Source: Raja brachyura
Lineage: Eukaryota
Reading direction: 5' to 3'
DNA length: 64,000 nucleotides
Assembly (NCBI GenBank): GCA_963514005.1
Contig: OY740808.1
Coordinates: 12,648,001 to 12,712,000, forward strand
The notes under the pieces were generated by a model. The model saw only the letters and a program-made list of their open reading frames with translations. It was not told the DNA's origin and searched no databases. Below are positions 59,101 through 64,000 of the stretch, in pieces. How positions within the stretch are numbered: position 1 is the stretch's first letter; each line of letters starts with the position of its first letter. The position numbers and the translations under genes were made by a program.

Positions 59101-61076
59101 CAACAAAGAGTAGCCGGAAGCCAGAGGATTGGGAAACTTTCTTTGCACAACAGAAGGAAACAAAACGGGCAATATGGGCTCAAAATATTGAGTATGAAGG
59201 GAAGCTGGCCAGGAATATAAAGAAGGACAGTAAACGCTTATTTGTATATGTTAAGGGAAAAAGAGTAGCAAAGTAAAATGTGGGTCCCTTGAAGGCAGTC
59301 AGGGGTGGAATTATTATGGTCAACAAGGAAATGGCAGAAGACTTGAATAGGTACTTCGGATTTGTCTTCACTAAGGAAGACACAAACAATCTCCCAGATG
59401 TACTGGAGGACAGAGGATCTAAGGGGGTAGAGGAACTGAAATAAATTTTCATTAGGCGAGAAATAGTATTGGGTAGGCTAATGGGACTGAAGGATGATGA
59501 ATTCCCTGGGCCTGATGGTCTAAATCCCAGGGTCCTCAGAGAGGTGGCTCTAGAAATAGTGGACGCATTTGTGATCATTTTCCAATGTTCAATAGATTCA
59601 GGATCAGTTCCTGTGGATTGGAGGATAGCTAATGTTATCCCACTTTTCAAGAAAGGAGCAGGAGAGAAAACGGGGAATTACAGACCAGTTAGCCTGACGT
59701 CGGTGGTGGGAAAGATGCTGGAGTCAATTATTAAAGAGGTAATAATGGGGCATCTGGATAGCAGTAAAAGGATTAGTCCAAGTCAACATGGATTTGTGAA
59801 AGGGAAATCATGCTTGACTAATCCTCTGGAATTTTTTGAGGATGTGACAAGTAAAATGGATGAAGGGGTGCCAGTGGATGTAGTGTATCTAGACTTTCAG
59901 AAAGCCTTTAATAAGGTCCCGCACGGGAGACTGGTGACTAAAATTAGAGCACATGTTATTCGGGGTAGGGTGTTGACATGGATAGAAAATTGGTTGGCAG
60001 ACCGGAAGCAAACAGTAGGAGTGAACGGCAGAATGGCAGGCAGTGGCGAGTGGAGTGCCGCAAGGCTCGGTGTTGAGGCCGCAACTGCTTACCATATATA
60101 TTAATGATTTGGAAGAGGGAATTAGGCGCAACAATAGCAAGTTTGCGGATGACACAAAGCTGTCTGGCAGTGTGAACTGTGAAGAGGATGTTGGGAGGTT
60201 GCAGGGTGACCTGGACAGGTTGAGTGAGTGGGCAGATGCGTGGCAGATGCAGTATAATATAGATAAATGTGAGGTTATCCACTTTGGCGGCAAAAACAAG
60301 GGGGCAGATTATTATCTCAATGGGGTTAGGTTAGGTAAGGGGGAGGTGCAGCGAGACTTGGGCATCCTTTTACACCGGTCACTGAAATATGGCGTGCAGG
60401 TACACCAGGCAGTGAAGAAAGCTAATGGAATGTTGGCCTTCATAACAAGAGATTTCCAGTATAGGAGTAAAGTGGTTCTTCTGCAGTTATATAGGCTCTG
60501 ATGAGGCCACATCTGAAGTATTGTGTACAGTTTTGGTCTCCTAATTTGAGGAAGGACATCCTTGTGATTGAAGCAGTGTAGCGTAGGTTCACGAGATTGA
60601 TCCCTGGGATGGCGGGACTGTCATATGCGGAAAGATTGAAAAGACTAGGTTTGTGTTCACTCGAGTTTAGAAGGATGAGGGTAGATCTTATAGAAACATA
60701 TAAAATAATAAAAGGACTGGACAAGCGAGATGCAGGGAAAATGTTCCCAATGTTGGGCGAATCCAGAACCAGGGGCCACAGTCTTAGAATAATGGGGAGG
60801 TCATTTATGACTAAGGTGAGAAAGAAACCGTTTTCACCCAGAGAGTTGTGAATTTATTGAATTCCCTGCCACAGAGGGCAGTGGAGGCCAAATCACTGGA
60901 TGGATTTAAGAGAGAGTTAGATAGAGCTCTAGGGGCTAGTGGAATGAAAGGATATGGGGAGAAGGCAGGCACGGGTAATTGATAGGGGACTATCAGCCAT
61001 GATCACAATGAATGGTGGTGCTGGCTTGAAGGGCCGAATGGCCTCCTCCTGCACCTATTTTCTATGTTTCTATGTA
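56200..61076 (+). mobile_element. Near full-length CR1 LINE (ORF1 SGNH-esterase-like, ORF2 APE+RT), disabled
   Basis: ORF1 DSIVRGTDR...MVCCFPGARI...VVHVGTND. ORF2 from 58205 MNARNIRSK, GITETWL, MGDFN, RT motifs. (TTTCTATG)n tail at ~61058-61075. 5' limit approximate. Confidence 0.92.
57048..58017 (-). mobile_element. CR1 of a different subfamily nested between ORF1 and ORF2 of the host CR1
   Basis: ORFs 57135-57806 and 57819-58052 (YADDTK), (TATATGGT)n tail, AATAA on both sides (57043-57047, 58018-58022). Confidence 0.9.
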
Positions 61077-62401
61077 TCCAAATGCATAAGCAGTGAGGGG
61101 AATAGTAATTATTCCGGAAACATAACCACAGACTGGTGACAGTCGTTTTTTTATGTCGTTCTAGTTGTGGCAATTCGTTTTTGTTAGGAATGATACACAG
61201 GTATTAAATTTTAATAGCACCGTCAGAGAGCCGCAATCAAGTAGTTACATGGGCATTTAAGTAGACTATTAAAAAACAATTAAAACATCAATTTACATTG
61301 ACCTTAGAAATAACAGAATGCAAATAAAAGCAAAGATCACAGAAACCTCTGCTATTTTTCTTTGGCTCCAACATGTGAATAATCAACAAGTTTCAGAAAA
61401 TTGATGCCCAGGTTGTCTTTGGCTGTGTATCCGAGTGAATTATTTTCCTGATGTGTAAAGCCAACAGATAGAGAATTGCAAAGAGTAGTGGAGAGAAACA
61501 GGGGATTGATGTAAGTGAGGGAGAGGAACAAAATGAGAGATACAGCGGGGGTCAGAGAGAAAGGAAAAGCAAGGGTAGAGAGCAACTGAGGAGGAGTCGG
61601 GGTGGGTACCGTGAAGTTTAAAGCAATGAGGGGGGTGTGAAGTACATAATTTAAAAGATTCATGGACAAAACTAGAATTTTAAAACAAACCATACAATTT
61701 GTTAGACCACAGGCTTCCAGGCAGATATGTAATTAATGGGTAAACAATACTAATTCTTATCAGTATTGATTAGTACTAATCCTGATAGCGAAGCTGTAAT
61801 TGTAATTAAGATACTTCAACTGAAATCCACCATTAAGCATAATAGATATAGACCCAAATTTGTTCTAGCTCAATGGGTCAGGTCCTCGCTGGAGAAAAGG
61901 AAAATGTGATGTTTCTGGTCGAAACCCTTCTTCAAACTGAGTGTCGGGGGGATGGAGGATGGGGGGATCTAGAGGTATGAAAAGATTCAGAATAAATGAG
62001 ACCTGATATCCATGACCAGGAAAAGGTGGAGCTCACAATGGACAACCAGTACACTAGGGGAACCGAAGGAAAGGGCAAGGCCAGGAAGACTCAAATCTTT
62101 GCTGTTGGCACCTTCACGGAAAGTACAAGCCGCAGAAGAAATTGGGCATGATAATGTCAGCTCGAGAGTAATCAGAATTGGTTCCTTTGAACAGGGAAGG
62201 TTTTATGGTGATTTGAATGAGGTGCATAGTCAAGACGTTATAATTGACCAAATTGTTCCGAGTGAAAGAATGTTCAGTATTTACAAGTTACAGTTTTAGA
62301 GTAATTGCCAAAATAACTATCGATCAGGTGAGCAATTGCAGATAAGCGACGATTTATTCGAATCAACAAAAATTTCTACAATCCGGAACATTTAGAAAAG
62401 T

Positions 62402-62620
62402 TAGACACTTAAAGCTGGAGTAACTTAGCGGGTCAGACAGCATCTGTGGAGAAAATGAATAGGTGACATTTCGGATCGAGACCCTTCTTCATACAGTCTG
62501 AGGAAGGGTCTCGCCCCAAAACATCACAGATTCCTTTTCTCCAGAGATGCTTTCTGACCCGCTGAGTCCAGCTTTTTGTGTCTACCTTTGGTTTAAACCA
62601 GCATCTGCAGCTCCTTCCTA
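62402..62620. repeat. Head-to-head inverted dimer of the hammerhead-motif repeat
   Basis: 62403-62490 is approximately the reverse complement of 62496-62585. Similar dimers at ~8065-8181, 19382-19655, 39072-39250, 45881-46086 and 55921-56110. Confidence 0.8.
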
Positions 62621-62779
62621 TTCATTAAGACGGAGCCCAGATTGCCCATGCAACGTGAAAATAATTGGGAATAAGGCTTGGAATAAGTGAAAAGTGATTT
62701 GTGACAGAGGTCAGGGGTTTGCCCGTGACTGCTTGTCCTCTTACTATAGCATATAGTTCCATCATTGTTCGCTCGTAAC

Positions 62780-62925
62780 NNNNNNNNNNNNNNNNNNNNN
62801 NNNNNNNNNNNNNNNNNNNNNNNNNNNNNNNNNNNNNNNNNNNNNNNNNNNNNNNNNNNNNNNNNNNNNNNNNNNNNNNNNNNNNNNNNNNNNNNNNNNN
62901 NNNNNNNNNNNNNNNNNNNNNNNNN
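62780..62925. other. Assembly gap
   Basis: N run. Confidence 1.
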
Positions 62926-64000
62926 TTTAATTGAGGGCTCTGCAGTCAAAGCCAGATGGACCTTTCCCTTCATATTTCCAAAATTATATATGTGTAGAGG
63001 GATTATATGTGTTTCCTACATATTTCCAAAATTATATGAGTATTGCAAAGCCATATATATAGGCCTTAATTTTTTTAATAGTGAAGAGAAGAAAAAAAAA
63101 GAGTAGAGAAAGAATAGAGATTAATTTAAAAAGTGTGATTATAATTTTGATTATATGTGAGAAGAGAAAGTGCGAGAAAAAGAAAGCAAAAAAAATAAAA
63201 TAAAATAAAAAAATAAAAACAAAAACAAAATTTAAAAAAAAAATCCATATTACTAACAAACAATTATTATACTTAAAGATAGAAAAAACAGTATACATCT
63301 TAACAATGAATGCAACAATTTCTAATAATATATATATAGAGACAAGTATATAAATCTCAGATTAAACATTTTCGTTTGATATTACCATCGGGTACTTGTT
63401 GAGTTTCAATGCTGAGCCATATTTGTTCCAAAAGCTGTGTTTATCCATTAGGATAAACCTAATTCTCTCCAATTGCAATGTCTCCAACATTTCCACTGTC
63501 CACATTTTGATTGTAGGGGATAATGGTCCCTTCCAAAATTTTAATATTATTTTTTTTCCAATTATTAAACAATAATCAAGAAAGTTTCTTTGATTTGCTG
63601 TTAATGTTTGATTTGAATCTGAAACACCAAATATTATTAACTTTGGGTCAGGAATTAATGTGATCTTAAGAACTATGGAAATAATTTTAAAAATCTCAGT
63701 CCAATAACTATTAAGTTTTGTACATATTACAAAACTATGAGTTAAATCAGCTTCTATGTGCTGACATTTATCACACAATGGTGATATATTAGGAAACATT
63801 CTATTTAATTTCTTTTTTGAGTAATGTAATCTATGTAATACTTTGAATTGTATCAAAGTATGTCTGGCATTTAACGAACAACGATGTATTCGTTGTAAGC
63901 TTTCTTCACAAAAATCTTTTAATATCGGTAAACCAGTTTCATTTTCCCATATTTGTCGAAATGATTCTGTTGTTGTTATTTCCCTGTATAAAAGAATGTT
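62926..64000 (-). mobile_element. L1-clade LINE 3' part (ORF2 C-terminus and 3' UTR), continues beyond the window
   Basis: ORF 63362-63856 IQFKVLHRLHY...CDKC...HSFVIC, homologous to the 12756-14169 element. Confidence 0.88.

Noticed and set aside
61318-61327. Octamer/decamer (TTATTTGCAT on minus) as promoter of a VJ for C5
   Set aside because: No CCAAT or GTCACC boxes, no leader exon or V remnant downstream; such 8-mers occur by chance in AT-rich DNA.

Overview
Repeat-rich vertebrate genomic DNA, almost certainly from a cartilaginous fish. A skate/ray is likely from the CR1/V-SINE/Penelope repeat set, but that is inference. The window holds a head-to-tail array of immunoglobulin light-chain (IgL) mini-clusters, all on the minus strand. 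Three are apparently intact leader/VJ/C genes (1771-4406, 16772-20470, 38548-41564) whose V and J are already fused in frame, with no RSS and with the introns retained. There is also an orphan frameshifted C exon (30047-30370) that has lost its VJ, and an old C relic (~54862-55122). The C exons look like elasmobranch lambda (type II), but the V domains have an unusually long CDR2 and a short FR3. The array grew by tandem/segmental duplication and is packed with transposons: CR1 LINEs of several tail types, two L1-clade fragments, Penelope-like (GIY-YIG) elements, V-SINEs, a hAT derivative, and a structurally complete DIRS1-type tyrosine-recombinase retrotransposon (48601-54197). About 15 short repeats carry a minimal hammerhead-ribozyme-like motif (CTGAAGA-stem-GAAACGTC). 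Some of these have clean target-site duplications (TSDs) and several are head-to-head inverted dimers. There are three assembly gaps (7795-7966, 22309-22463, 62780-62925). All alignments were done by eye and boundaries of decayed repeats are approximate.
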